Source: Candidatus Latescibacterota bacterium (lineage in GTDB: Bacteria > Latescibacterota > UBA2968 > GCA-2709665). From it: a stretch of DNA of 64,000 nucleotides. Positions 8,603 to 18,304 of this stretch are shown here, piece after piece. A program made the translations under genes and the position numbers. The first letter of the stretch is position 1, and each line of letters starts with the position of its first letter. The notes under the pieces were generated by a model. The model was not told the origin of the DNA. It saw only the letters and a list, made by a program, of their open reading frames with translations, and made no database searches. The stretch lies in NCBI GenBank assembly GCA_963667175.2, contig CAXXXF010000018.1, positions 64,001 through 128,000 on the forward strand, in the 5' to 3' direction.

Positions 8603-8653
8603 TGAATAATTCAGGTTAAGTTCCGGATGCCGAATTCTCGAAAGTCGCCGGTC

Positions 8654-9808
8654 TCATCGCCAGACCGAACGCAACGTTTTGGCCAGCTGCACAAGGCTTT
8701 CCAGATTGTGAGCGGCCATGAAATGATCCAGGTAGGGCAGCGCCGTCTTCATGCCCAGACAAAGCGGCTGGTACCCGGGGCTGCCCAGCAGAGGGTTCAG
8801 CCACATCAGCTTATGGACGCGTCTGCGCAGCCGCTCCATTTCCCGCCGCATGAGGTCCGCGTCTCCGCGGTCCCAGCCGTCGCTGACGATGATCATGACG
8901 GTTTTGGCCTTCAACATCTCCCGGGCGAACCGGTCGTTGAACTCCCGCAGACAGCCGCCTATATCCGTTCCCCCGGCCCAGTCGTGGACCGTATCGGCTA
9001 CTTCCCGGAGCGACTCTTCCACGCTCTTGTTCTTCAGCAGCCTGGAGATCGGGGTCATTCGCGTGGAGAAAACCCCCACCTCGACGTCACGGATTTCCCG
9101 CTTCAGCGCGTAGATGAACTGAATCAGGAACTGGCTGTAGCAGTCCATCGACCCACTCACGTCGCACAGCAGCATCAGCTTCGTTTTCTTGATCCGCCGC
9201 CGTCGCCTGGCAAGCGCGACGCCGTCCCGCCCGTAAAGCGCGTTTTTGCGCCAGGTCCTCCTGAAGTCGATCTCCGCGCCCCGTTTCTGCGGCTCCCTGC
9301 GCCGGCTGCGCCTGTTGGCGATGATGTCCACGATTTGCGCGATGACCTGCCGGGCCTTCTCGATCTCCCTGTCGTTCATCGCGGCCAGGTCCTTGTGCAT
9401 CAACACTTCATCGGGGCTGTACCCAATCTCGTCGGAATCGCCCTCACCGTCCGGATCCTCCTCTTCCTCGGTCGCGGTGTCAACCGGCTCATCGAGTTGA
9501 TCCGACACTTCGAGGCTCTGATCGTCGGCGTCCTCGTCTGTGACTTCCATCTCCAAGCTGCTGACTGGAGCGCTCCAGAACGCGTGAAATACGCGGTCGA
9601 ACGTGTCCAGATCGTCGAACCGGGACACCAGCGTGGCCCGCGCGGCCGCGTAGAAGTCCCTCCGCCTGCCGATTTCGATAAACCTGAAACTCTGGCAGAA
9701 GTCGATCAGATTGCCGGAATTCACATCCACGCCGGCCCTGTGCAATGCCCGCGAAAAGGCCACCACGCGGCTCATCATGCTCCTGTTTTCGACCTTTTCC
9801 GTGTTCAT
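8654..9808 (-). CDS. coxE: CoxE-like VWA domain protein
   Basis: IDFRRTWR, LCDVSGSM (MIDAS), FSTRMT, WAGGTDIG, VSDGWDRG and WLNPL motifs. The ORF-track N-terminal extension is a shadow over the ATPase gene. Confidence 0.88.
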   Translation of the reverse strand: MNTEKVENRSMMSRVVAFSRALHRAGVDVNSGNLIDFCQSFRFIEIGRRRDFYAAARATLVSRFDDLDTFDRVFHAFWSAPVSSLEMEVTDEDADDQSLEVSDQLDEPVDTATEEEEDPDGEGDSDEIGYSPDEVLMHKDLAAMNDREIEKARQVIAQIVDIIANRRSRRREPQKRGAEIDFRRTWRKNALYGRDGVALARRRRRIKKTKLMLLCDVSGSMDCYSQFLIQFIYALKREIRDVEVGVFSTRMTPISRLLKNKSVEESLREVADTVHDWAGGTDIGGCLREFNDRFAREMLKAKTVMIIVSDGWDRGDADLMRREMERLRRRVHKLMWLNPLLGSPGYQPLCLGMKTALPYLDHFMAAHNLESLVQLAKTLRSVWR

Positions 9809-9849
9809 ACGATCCAACCCGTGGAGACGTCCGTTGTTCAGTCGTGCGG

Positions 9850-10764
9850 TCAATTCTTCAGCCGCATCGCCCGGTCCTTTAGCGCCCGTGCCTTTTCGAT
9901 GATCTGGGGCAGACCGTCCTCCTGGAGTTTCTCGATGTCCTCCTTGTACTTCAGCACGCACCCCAGTGTGGCGTTGACGGTGTCGGAATCGAGTTCGTCG
10001 ATTTCCATCTGCATCAGCGCCAGCGCCCAATCGATGGTTTCCGCGATACCCGGGCGCTTGTAGAAATCCCGTGTGCGCATCAGCTGCATAAACCCGCACA
10101 CCTGCTGTGCAAGGCCCGTTTGAATGCGGGGAACCCGGGACGCGACGATTTCCATCTCTTTCCTGAACGTGGGATAGTCGATCCACAGGTAGAGGCAACG
10201 CCGTTTGAGCGCGTCGTGCAGTTCGCGGGTGCGATTGGAGGTGAGCACGACAAACGGCACTTTCTGTGCGGTAATCGTGCCGATCTCGGGGATGGTAATC
10301 TGGAAATCTGACAGCACTTCCAGCAGAAATGCCTCGAACTCTTCGTCTGACCGGTCCACCTCGTCGATCAGCAGCACCGGCGGGTTGCTTCCGCTGCCCT
10401 GGATGGCCCGGAGAAGCGGCCGCTTCAGCAGGAAATCCTCGCTGAAAATACTGCGGCCGATCTCCTGTTTTTCGATGCCCCGGGCCTCCTCCAGGCGCAT
10501 CTCCAGCATCTGCCGCGGATAATTCCATTCGTACAGCGCCGTATTGGCATCCAGACCTTCGTAACACTGCAGCCGGATCAGATCCGTTTCCAGGGTCTGC
10601 GCCATGACCTTGGCGACCTCTGTCTTGCCTACCCCCGGCTCTCCCTCCAGAAATATCGGTTTTCCCAGCGCCACGGCCAGGTAGACCGTCGTGGCCAGCG
10701 TCCGATCGGCGATATACCCCTCGCGACCGAACCGCGTCTCCACCTCCTCGATTGATTGTAACAT
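9850..10764 (-). CDS. coxD: CoxD-like MoxR AAA+ ATPase
   Basis: GEPGVGKT Walker A, RLQCYEGLD, LLIDEVDR Walker B, TSNRTRELHDALKRRC. Confidence 0.92.
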   Translation of the reverse strand: MLQSIEEVETRFGREGYIADRTLATTVYLAVALGKPIFLEGEPGVGKTEVAKVMAQTLETDLIRLQCYEGLDANTALYEWNYPRQMLEMRLEEARGIEKQEIGRSIFSEDFLLKRPLLRAIQGSGSNPPVLLIDEVDRSDEEFEAFLLEVLSDFQITIPEIGTITAQKVPFVVLTSNRTRELHDALKRRCLYLWIDYPTFRKEMEIVASRVPRIQTGLAQQVCGFMQLMRTRDFYKRPGIAETIDWALALMQMEIDELDSDTVNATLGCVLKYKEDIEKLQEDGLPQIIEKARALKDRAMRLKN

Positions 10765-10785
10765 CCGACCCGTATCTCCCCTTTC

Positions 10786-11340
10786 TCAGCCCCGGGACCG
10801 ATCCATTGAACGGCAGCTTGCCGCAAACCGCGCCACCCATGCGCGAAGCGCTTCGACCGTACTGCGAAATGCCAACTCAGACCAGGGAATCCGGCCTGAA
10901 GGATACGTCCGGACTTCCAGCGTCTCGAAGTTTCCCTTCAGATTGCCTCCCACCGCGACGCCCGTGTACACGATCAGTACCGTTGTCTCGTTGGGGTATG
11001 AATAGATGCCGAGCAGATCTTCGATCTCGACTTCAAGCCCCACCTCCTCCATTGCTTCCCGTGCCGCCGCGGATTTCACCGGTTCGCCACGGTCGACGTA
11101 TCCGCCCGGAAAGACCCATTTCCCCATCCCCGGTTCGATGCCCCGCTTCAGGAGCACAAGCTCACCTTCCAGCGTGACGATCACGCCGGCCGCCACTTTC
11201 GGGTCCAGGTAGACCACGAATCCGCAGGCCGGACAGACTGGACGAACGCGGTCTTCGACCGGTTTCAGCACCAGCGCCGCGCCGCATCTTTCGCAGAACC
11301 GGGCGCCGTCTGCGGGATGCGCGGTATGATCGCTCGCCAC
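10786..11340 (-). CDS. Nudix hydrolase with N-terminal zinc ribbon
   Basis: FCERCG...CPACG zinc ribbon; Nudix box GGYVDRGEPVKSAAAREAMEEVGL. Confidence 0.9.
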   Translation of the reverse strand: MASDHTAHPADGARFCERCGAALVLKPVEDRVRPVCPACGFVVYLDPKVAAGVIVTLEGELVLLKRGIEPGMGKWVFPGGYVDRGEPVKSAAAREAMEEVGLEVEIEDLLGIYSYPNETTVLIVYTGVAVGGNLKGNFETLEVRTYPSGRIPWSELAFRSTVEALRAWVARFAASCRSMDRSRG

Positions 11341-11442
11341 GGAGCAAAAACCCTCCGGAAAAATGGGGCCGATCGCCTAAATATACGGGTTTGGGAACGC
11401 TTCACAAGCCCTTTTTCGCGACCATGAGCGCACCGGCCGCAC

Positions 11443-11476
11443 ACAAAAAACCGCAGCCAATTTTCGGCATGCGGCC
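11443..11476 (-). terminator. Probable terminator after phoU
   Basis: Minus strand GCCGCATGCC-GAAAATT-GGCTGCGG-TTTTTT. Confidence 0.55.
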
Positions 11477-11556
11477 CTGAATTCCAACGTCGCCGCCAGT
11501 GGCGCCCCGTCGACCGGCAGAAGGAATTCGAAATCGTTCAGATGAGTCCTGTCTTG

Positions 11557-12234
11557 CTATTCCTTTCCGATATTCTCCTTCTGGTGGCGCACAATCCGGC
11601 CCTGCACCAGGAACACCACGTTCTCGGCGATGTTGGACGCGTGGTCGCCCATACGCTCAAGATGCCTCGAAACCAGAATCAGGTGAATCGCTCGATCAAT
11701 GGCGTCGTTTTCCGCCCGATAGTGCAGGTACGTGAGCAATTCCCTGAAAATTTGATCTCTCAAACCGTCCACCACGTCGTCTCGCCTGCGCACGTCGTTT
11801 GCCAGGTCCACGTTCCGGTTGACAAATGCGTCCAGCGCGTCCTTGACCATCCCGCGGACGAGTTCCGCCATTCTGGGGATGTCGATCAGCGGCTTCAAGA
11901 GGGTTGCCCGGTTCAGTGCAAACGCCCGCTGTGCGATATTCACCGACTGATCGTTGATCCTTTCCAGGTCGTAATTGATCTTCATCAGGGTCGCCATCAG
12001 GCGCAAGTCGCCGGCCACGGGCTGCCGCACCGCCAGCAGCTTCAGGCACGCATCTTCGATGCGCACCTCCCAATCGTCAATTGCCGCGCCTCCGGTGATT
12101 ACGGTATTGGCGAGATCGTTATCCCGTTCGAGCAAGCTCTTCACGGCCTGATCGATGGACGCCTCCACCGCGCCGCCCATTGCCAGCAACTCGCTCTTCA
12201 ACTGTTCCAACTGCTGATCCAACGTCCGTTCCAT
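11557..12234 (-). CDS. phoU: Phosphate signalling protein PhoU
   Basis: RQPVAGDLR, DLERIND, RDDVVD and HLERMGDHASNIAE motifs. Start placed at ATG 12234. Confidence 0.95.
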   Translation of the reverse strand: MERTLDQQLEQLKSELLAMGGAVEASIDQAVKSLLERDNDLANTVITGGAAIDDWEVRIEDACLKLLAVRQPVAGDLRLMATLMKINYDLERINDQSVNIAQRAFALNRATLLKPLIDIPRMAELVRGMVKDALDAFVNRNVDLANDVRRRDDVVDGLRDQIFRELLTYLHYRAENDAIDRAIHLILVSRHLERMGDHASNIAENVVFLVQGRIVRHQKENIGKE

Positions 12235-12276
12235 AGTCAGCCCCGTTCGTTGAAGTCCGACCGACCCGTCGGCTGT

Positions 12277-12436
12277 CAGCCCGTTGAAAAAGTCCATCCG
12301 GTCTGCGTCCGGCCCTTGTGGCCGAATTTCCGCGTTGCGCTCCCTCCCCGAATCCAGGGATTCGCGTCGGTCGCGCGCCTTGTCTTCGGCCACAATGACT
12401 CGGCCTCGCCTGCAGAGCAACTTTTCCAACGGGCTG
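12277..12436. mobile_element. MITE-like element (160 bp) between pstB and phoU
   Basis: Terminal inverted repeats CAGCCCGTTGAAAAAGT / ACTTTTCCAACGGGCTG (16/17), internal hairpin GCGTTGCGC...GCGCGCCTTG. Abuts the pstB stop codon. Confidence 0.75.
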
Positions 12437-13231
12437 CTATCCGAACCTGCCGGTCACATAGTCCTCCGTCTGTTGCAGATTCGGGTTCGTAAACATCTCT
12501 TCGGTACGAGCGTATTCAATCAGCTTGCCGAGGTAGAAGAATGCTGTCCGGTCCGAGATACGGGAAGCCTGCTGGAGATTGTGGGTCACAATAACGATCG
12601 TATACCTGCTCTTCAACTCATTGATCGTCTCTTCAATGCGTCCGGTGGCGATCGGATCCAGCGCGGAACAGGGCTCGTCCATCAGGATTACCGACGGCTC
12701 CACCGCGATCGCGCGCGCGATGCAGAGGCGCTGCTGCTGTCCCCCGGACAACCCCAGCGCGGATTCTTCGAGTCGATCCTTGACCTCGTCCCAGAGTGCC
12801 GCCGCCCGAAGGCTTTTCTCGGCCACCTCATCCAGAACGGGACGCCGGTTCTCCCCCGCGATGCGCAACCCGTACACGACGTTTTCGAAGATTGACTTGG
12901 GAAACGGATTCGACTTTTGAAACACCATACCCACCAACCGCCGGAGTGATATGACATCGTACCCCTGGGCGTAGATGTCTTCTCCTTCGATCCGGACCCC
13001 GCCATCGATCCTTACCGAGTCGATCAGATCGTTCAAACGGTTCATACAGCGGAGCAACGTAGACTTCCCGCAACCGGACGGTCCGATAAACGCGGTGACG
13101 TTGTGCCGGGGTACGTTCAGACTGATGTCGAACAGCGCCTGGGCGTCGCCGTAGTGCAGACTCAGGGATTCGACCTCGACGACCGGTTTCTCAGGTGCGG
13201 TGTCGACCTGCTTCGTGGGTTCCACGCCCAT
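12437..13231 (-). CDS. pstB: Phosphate ABC transporter ATP-binding protein
   Basis: [53 protein letters not shown]. Confidence 0.97.
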   Translation of the reverse strand: MGVEPTKQVDTAPEKPVVEVESLSLHYGDAQALFDISLNVPRHNVTAFIGPSGCGKSTLLRCMNRLNDLIDSVRIDGGVRIEGEDIYAQGYDVISLRRLVGMVFQKSNPFPKSIFENVVYGLRIAGENRRPVLDEVAEKSLRAAALWDEVKDRLEESALGLSGGQQQRLCIARAIAVEPSVILMDEPCSALDPIATGRIEETINELKSRYTIVIVTHNLQQASRISDRTAFFYLGKLIEYARTEEMFTNPNLQQTEDYVTGRFG

Positions 13232-13281
13232 CCTTATTGACTCCTGATTGATAGACCGTCCGGAGAGCTGCCGAGATGCCG

Positions 13282-14886
13282 CTACAGCCCGATTCTCTGG
13301 TATCGTTTGCGCAAGCGCGACCTGACCTGGATCGCCGTCAGATTCAACGCCAGCACGATAAACATCAGCAACAGCGTGGTGGTATACACCATCGGGCGGG
13401 CCGCCTCGACATTGGGCGACTGGAATCCTACGTCATAGATGTGAAAGCCCAGATGCATGAACTTGCGCTCCAGGTGAAAAAACGGCCAGTTGCCGTCCAC
13501 GGGCAGCGTGGGCGCGAGCTTCACCACCCCCGTAATCATCAACGGCGCAACCTCGCCCGCGCCTCTGGCCACCACCAGCACGATTCCGGTCAGAATGCCG
13601 GGTAACGCCGCGGGAAGAACGACGCGCCAGATGGTCTGGAACTGGGTCGCACCCAGCGCAAGAGAACCCTCCCGGACCTCTCCGGGCACGGATGCCAGCG
13701 CCTCCTCAGAAGCCACGATCATCACCGGTACGGTCAACAGCGCCAGCGTCAGCGAGGCCCACAGAATGCCCCCGGTGCCGAACGTGGGCGCAGGCAGCGC
13801 CTCGGGAAAAAAAAGCAGGTCCAGACTCCCGCCCACGCCGTAGACGAAGAATCCGAGTCCGAACATGCCGAAGACGATCGAAGGTACTCCAGCGAGGTTA
13901 TTCACCGCGATCCGGATCGCCCGCACCAAGGGCCCCTGCTTCGCGTATTCACGCAGATACAGCGCCGCCAGGACGCCAAACGGCACCGCCGCCAGACTCA
14001 TCAGAATGACCATCATGACCGTACCGAAGATCGCGGGAAACACGCCGCCTTCGGTGTTGGACTCGCGCGGTTCCGCGGAAAGGAATTCCCAGACCCTCTC
14101 CAGGTACACGCCCGTCTTGCCAAAGACACCCAACCGGTTGGGACGGTACGCGCGCACGACGTCAGCCACCGCCAACCGTCGTATCTCTCCGCCAGCCAGC
14201 CGGACCTCCAAATGAGGGACTTCGCTCTCCGCCCTGAGTTGGTTCAGGTCAGCGGCCAACGATTCATAGCGCGTCCAATATCGGCGGCTTCTCGCGTCCA
14301 GCTGCGAAATCCGTTCCTGCTGCGCGTCATCCGCCAGTTCACGCCTTCGTTTCTCCAGGCGAAGCTGTTCGATTCGCCGGTTGAGATCCGATATGGCGTT
14401 GTACTCGATGTCGCGGATTCGATCCAGAAGCACGCCCGTTCGCCGCATCTGCTTCTGAAACACCGCCCAGCCGGCCGTGCCGCCTCCGGCGACTCTCTCC
14501 TCGCCCTCGAACACGCCGTCCAGAAACCCGAACAATTGTCCCCATTCGCGCCGCTCAAACACAACCGCGCTCTCGGGAAACGTCCGGTCCTGAATCCGCG
14601 ATTCGTCGATCCACCGGAAGTCAACGCCGTATGCGTCCCGGTTCGCCACTTTCAGTTGAACCCGGAATTCCCCGTCCCGGTTGGGAATCTCCTGCCTGTC
14701 CCACATCTGCCCCATCACAACCGCGTTGTCTTTCAGGCCAATTGCGGTCAGGTCGGCCGGCCAGAAAAAGCCGAGCCCGTTATAGACTACCAGGCCGATC
14801 AGCCCGACGATCATCAGCACACAGAAGGCGAGCGCACCGCCCGTCAGCCAGATATATGCCTGCCCTGATTTCCAGAATCCGTTCAT
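13282..14886 (-). CDS. pstA: Phosphate ABC transporter permease PstA (long form with periplasmic coiled-coil domain)
   Basis: [52 protein letters not shown]. Confidence 0.95.
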   Translation of the reverse strand: MNGFWKSGQAYIWLTGGALAFCVLMIVGLIGLVVYNGLGFFWPADLTAIGLKDNAVVMGQMWDRQEIPNRDGEFRVQLKVANRDAYGVDFRWIDESRIQDRTFPESAVVFERREWGQLFGFLDGVFEGEERVAGGGTAGWAVFQKQMRRTGVLLDRIRDIEYNAISDLNRRIEQLRLEKRRRELADDAQQERISQLDARSRRYWTRYESLAADLNQLRAESEVPHLEVRLAGGEIRRLAVADVVRAYRPNRLGVFGKTGVYLERVWEFLSAEPRESNTEGGVFPAIFGTVMMVILMSLAAVPFGVLAALYLREYAKQGPLVRAIRIAVNNLAGVPSIVFGMFGLGFFVYGVGGSLDLLFFPEALPAPTFGTGGILWASLTLALLTVPVMIVASEEALASVPGEVREGSLALGATQFQTIWRVVLPAALPGILTGIVLVVARGAGEVAPLMITGVVKLAPTLPVDGNWPFFHLERKFMHLGFHIYDVGFQSPNVEAARPMVYTTTLLLMFIVLALNLTAIQVRSRLRKRYQRIGL

Positions 14887-14912
14887 TCAACTTTCTCCGG
14901 ACGGATCGGGAT

Positions 14913-17165
14913 TCATATCCTGCTGTACCGTTCGCGTAGCCGCTGCCGCACGATTTCCGCGAGGGTGTTGACGACGAAGGTGACTCCCGCAAGCAGCAGG
15001 CCGGTGAGAAACAGGACCCGGTAGAGTGTTCCTTCGTGCGGCGCCTCCGGGATTTCCACGGCGATATTGGCCGACATGGTGCGCATCCCGTTGAAGATGC
15101 TCCAGTCCAATATCGGCGTGTTTCCGGTCGCCATCAAGACGATCATCGTTTCGCCGACCGCCCGTCCGAACCCGATCATCGTAGCAGAAAAAATGCCCGG
15201 ACTGGCGGTTGGGAGCACGACGCGGACCGCCGTCTGCCACGGCGTGGCGCCCAGCGCCAGAGACCCGGCGCGAAGGTGTGACGGAACGCTCGTCAGCGCG
15301 TCTTCGCAGATCGTGTAGATGATGGGAATGACCGCAAAACCCATTGCGAATCCCACAACGATGCAATTCCTCTGGTCGTAGCGGGTACCGGCGGAATCCG
15401 CGAGCCATCTCTGGAAATTCCCGCCCCACAATGCGTCTTCCAGCCATGGACCCAGGGCCAGTGCCAGCCAGATTCCAACGAGGGACACCAATACGTAGAA
15501 AATCTCCGGGCCCGGAAGTCGGTTCATTGCGCGGCGCGGCAGCCGGGACCAGACCCAGGAAGCTGCAATCACCGTGAGCGCAACCGTCGGCAGCAGCAGC
15601 AGAACCCCCACCACCTGGCGTTCCAGCAACGGCGCCAGCCAGAGGCCCCCCAGAAATCCGAGAATCACGCTTGGCAGCGATGCCATCAGCTCCACCGTGG
15701 GTTTGACGACGTTCCGCACGCTCGGGCGGGCGAACTCGGACGTATAGATGGCGGCCAGTACCGCTAGCGGAAGGGCGAAAAACATCGCGTAGAACGTGCC
15801 CTTGGCCGTGCCGTACGCCAGGGGGACGATGCTCAGCTTCGACTCGAATTCGTCGGTGCCGCCGGTGGACTGCCAGACGTACTCGGGTTGGGTATATCCC
15901 TCGTACCACAGTTTGCCGAACAGCGTTTTCAGCGTCACTTCCGGGTGCGGATTGGACAGCCGGTAATGGTTTAAAGTGCGGCCGGCGTCCAGAGAAAGGA
16001 AGCCGTCTGCCTTGGGTGCGAACGCCAGATCGGTGACGCCGGATCCGTCCACCAGTTCGAAAAAAGTCTGGCCCGATGTCATATGGTGCAGCATGACGTG
16101 TCCACCCGCGCTGCCGGTCAAAAACTGTTTGTCTCGGGCGGACGGCGCAATCGCACGCACCGCCGTGCGATGGGACCGGAATATGTGCACTCTCCGGAAA
16201 GTCGTAGAACCGCCCCCGGCAGGTCGGCGCACCGGTGACCACGTACTCACGCGGCCTCCGGCGTCGCCTATCGCCACGGATACGTCGCCAAGCAAATACA
16301 CGACCGTCGTAATCGCCAGGTCCGATGCACGAAATCGCTGCACGAGGGACGGGGCCGCCTTGACGTTCGAAACGTCCCAGCAGTACACCTCTCCGCGGTC
16401 CGTACCCGCCAGAAGACGGCGACCGCTTCCGTCGACCAGAACCGTTGTCGGCCTGCCGTCGACTTCATTCGTCAATTCGTGGACGTATGTGTCAAGCGTA
16501 CCCCCGCCCAGCAGCCCCCTCTTTTTCTGTCTGCAGGCCACGAGCAGCCGGCCGGACGCCGTGATTCCGGCCGCGGTGGACCGCCGTGCCCCGTCGGAGC
16601 GAAATACAACCTGAACGATCGGTTCGCCCCTGACGTCCAGCGACACATGATCCTCGATCTGAAACTCGGGCGAGACCCGTCGTTTTCCCTCCGGGTAGGT
16701 TACCCGGTAATTCACCTTTGCAAGGGCGATGCGGCCATCTGACAAGCCCAGACCATGATTGCCGTCGGTAAGCGACGAATGCACCGATATCACACGCCGG
16801 TCCTGAAATTCGTCGCCGCGTACCCGACGAATCGACTCGCCCGATGCAAGTCGGATAAAATCAATGCCTTCCGGCCGGACCAGAAACGCGACTTCACGAT
16901 AGGGATCCGTGCCCACGGCCAACGTCCGTTGGTCATCGATGCCTTCGAGCGTGTGGCGATTCACAATCGTCGCCGGAGCAGGAGACAGGAATAGCGGAAA
17001 GGATTCACGAAATACGAAGGCCAGAATGCCCAGCACCACCAGGATGACCCCGACGCCGCCTATGGCGATCACCCATCGGCCGAGACGGTCCATTGTGCGC
17101 GCCGCGGGCGTGATGCCGGGGCGAGAACGGGGTCCGCCTGCACTGTTTTGGCTCGGTTGCGCCAT
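14913..17165 (-). CDS. pstC: Phosphate ABC transporter permease PstC (long form with beta-propeller domain)
   Basis: KLWYEGY..PEYVWQS, KPTVELMASLPSV, GFGRAVGETM, MATGN. WD40-like N-terminal region. Confidence 0.95.
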   Translation of the reverse strand: MAQPSQNSAGGPRSRPGITPAARTMDRLGRWVIAIGGVGVILVVLGILAFVFRESFPLFLSPAPATIVNRHTLEGIDDQRTLAVGTDPYREVAFLVRPEGIDFIRLASGESIRRVRGDEFQDRRVISVHSSLTDGNHGLGLSDGRIALAKVNYRVTYPEGKRRVSPEFQIEDHVSLDVRGEPIVQVVFRSDGARRSTAAGITASGRLLVACRQKKRGLLGGGTLDTYVHELTNEVDGRPTTVLVDGSGRRLLAGTDRGEVYCWDVSNVKAAPSLVQRFRASDLAITTVVYLLGDVSVAIGDAGGRVSTWSPVRRPAGGGSTTFRRVHIFRSHRTAVRAIAPSARDKQFLTGSAGGHVMLHHMTSGQTFFELVDGSGVTDLAFAPKADGFLSLDAGRTLNHYRLSNPHPEVTLKTLFGKLWYEGYTQPEYVWQSTGGTDEFESKLSIVPLAYGTAKGTFYAMFFALPLAVLAAIYTSEFARPSVRNVVKPTVELMASLPSVILGFLGGLWLAPLLERQVVGVLLLLPTVALTVIAASWVWSRLPRRAMNRLPGPEIFYVLVSLVGIWLALALGPWLEDALWGGNFQRWLADSAGTRYDQRNCIVVGFAMGFAVIPIIYTICEDALTSVPSHLRAGSLALGATPWQTAVRVVLPTASPGIFSATMIGFGRAVGETMIVLMATGNTPILDWSIFNGMRTMSANIAVEIPEAPHEGTLYRVLFLTGLLLAGVTFVVNTLAEIVRQRLRERYSRI

Positions 17166-17217
17166 TTCCTGATCCTACGCCCTTCCTGCCGGACCCGGAA
17201 CGGGGTTCGGCCGCGGG

Positions 17218-18195
17218 TTACATGCCGGACGCTTCCAGCTTCGCGAGTTCTTCTTTAACGACCTCGAACGGCACCGGCATGTAACCGTCCTTGATGATGA
17301 CTTCCTGACCCTCTCTTGAAAAGATATACCTGCAGAACTCACGCACCATCGGATCCAGGGGCTTAGCGGGAGTCTTGTTGATGTAGATGAACAGAAACCG
17401 GCCCAGCGGATAAGTGCCGTCCAGTACATTCTCCATGCTGGCGTCTCTGAATCCATCCTCCGGGTCCTCCGCAAGAGGCACCACACGCACATTCGACGTC
17501 CTGTATCCTATTCCACTGTACCCAATCCCGTACCGGTCTTCCGCCACCCCCTGGACGACCGAAGCCGACCCCGGCTGTTCCTTGACCTCATCCTTGAAAT
17601 CCCCCTTGGAAAGTGCGTTCTTCTTGAAGAAGCCATAGGTGCCGGACGCCGAATTGCGGCCGTACATGCTGATCATCGCGGATGCTTCCTCACCTGCCCA
17701 TCCCGCCTCGTTCCAGCGCGTAATATCCTTTGGATGGCCCTTTCGGCGGGTCTTCGAAAAAATCGCATCCACCTGCTTCAGCGTCAAGCCTTCAACCGGA
17801 TTGTCCTTATTCACGAAAACCGCCAGTGCGTCTAGAGCGGTTCGCAGCGCCGTGGGCGGGTAACCGAACGCGTTTTCGAACTTGTCCACCTCCGTCGCCT
17901 TCATCGCGCGCGACATGGGTCCGAACTGGGCTGTGCCTTCGATCAGCGCCGGCGGTGCGGTGCTGGATCCCTTGCCTTCGATCTGTACGTTCACGTTCGG
18001 ATAATATTTCCGGAAGCCCTCGAGCCACAGGGCCATCAGGTTATTCATCGTATCCGATCCGATGCTGCTGGCGCTTCCCGAAATGCCTCTCGCCTTTGTG
18101 TAGGCCGGAATTCTCGGGTCGACCTCCACGGTCTGCGCGCTTGCAGGAACGACGGCGAACATCAGAAATATCAGACCGGCGACTGTTCGAAACAT
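17218..18195 (-). CDS. pstS: Phosphate-binding protein PstS
   Basis: Signal peptide; GSDTM, GKGSSTAPPAL, MSR, GRNSASGTY, YPLGRFL. AGGAGGAG RBS before ATG 18195. Confidence 0.95.
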   Translation of the reverse strand: MFRTVAGLIFLMFAVVPASAQTVEVDPRIPAYTKARGISGSASSIGSDTMNNLMALWLEGFRKYYPNVNVQIEGKGSSTAPPALIEGTAQFGPMSRAMKATEVDKFENAFGYPPTALRTALDALAVFVNKDNPVEGLTLKQVDAIFSKTRRKGHPKDITRWNEAGWAGEEASAMISMYGRNSASGTYGFFKKNALSKGDFKDEVKEQPGSASVVQGVAEDRYGIGYSGIGYRTSNVRVVPLAEDPEDGFRDASMENVLDGTYPLGRFLFIYINKTPAKPLDPMVREFCRYIFSREGQEVIIKDGYMPVPFEVVKEELAKLEASGM

Positions 18196-18304
18196 GTCTG
18201 CACTCCTCCTTGATTCAGGGTGATCGTCTGAAGATATTCGGGCGTCAATGTAACCGGCCAATGTTACGTTCGTGTGTCGATTGCCGGACGTCCGGAGAAA
18301 GCCA

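Larger units (their letters stand above)
4601..8619. mobile_element. Composite non-autonomous element with IS1380-like imperfect terminal inverted repeats and TTAA target duplication
   Basis: TTAA at 4601-4604 and 8616-8619. Left end TTAACCCCATTAATTCATGAAA versus right end (intron removed, minus strand) TTAACCTGAATTATTCATGAAA, 18/22 identical. Excision leaves a compact coxE-xdhC junction with RBS AAGGGGGTG. Confidence 0.65.

Noticed and set aside
9809-10840. 728-aa ORF suggesting a long N-terminal extension of the VWA protein
   Set aside because: The extension is a low-complexity shadow frame over the MoxR ATPase; the true start is near 9808.
12235-12429. N-terminal extension of PhoU
   Set aside because: It is read through the MITE; the PhoU-like sequence starts at 12234.
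13282-17165. Unusually long PstC and PstA as a novelty
   Set aside because: Long forms with extra periplasmic domains are already known from other diderm bacteria.
18245-18272. Internal Pho box before pstS
   Set aside because: The two GT(A/T)ACAT units are 13 bp apart, not 11.
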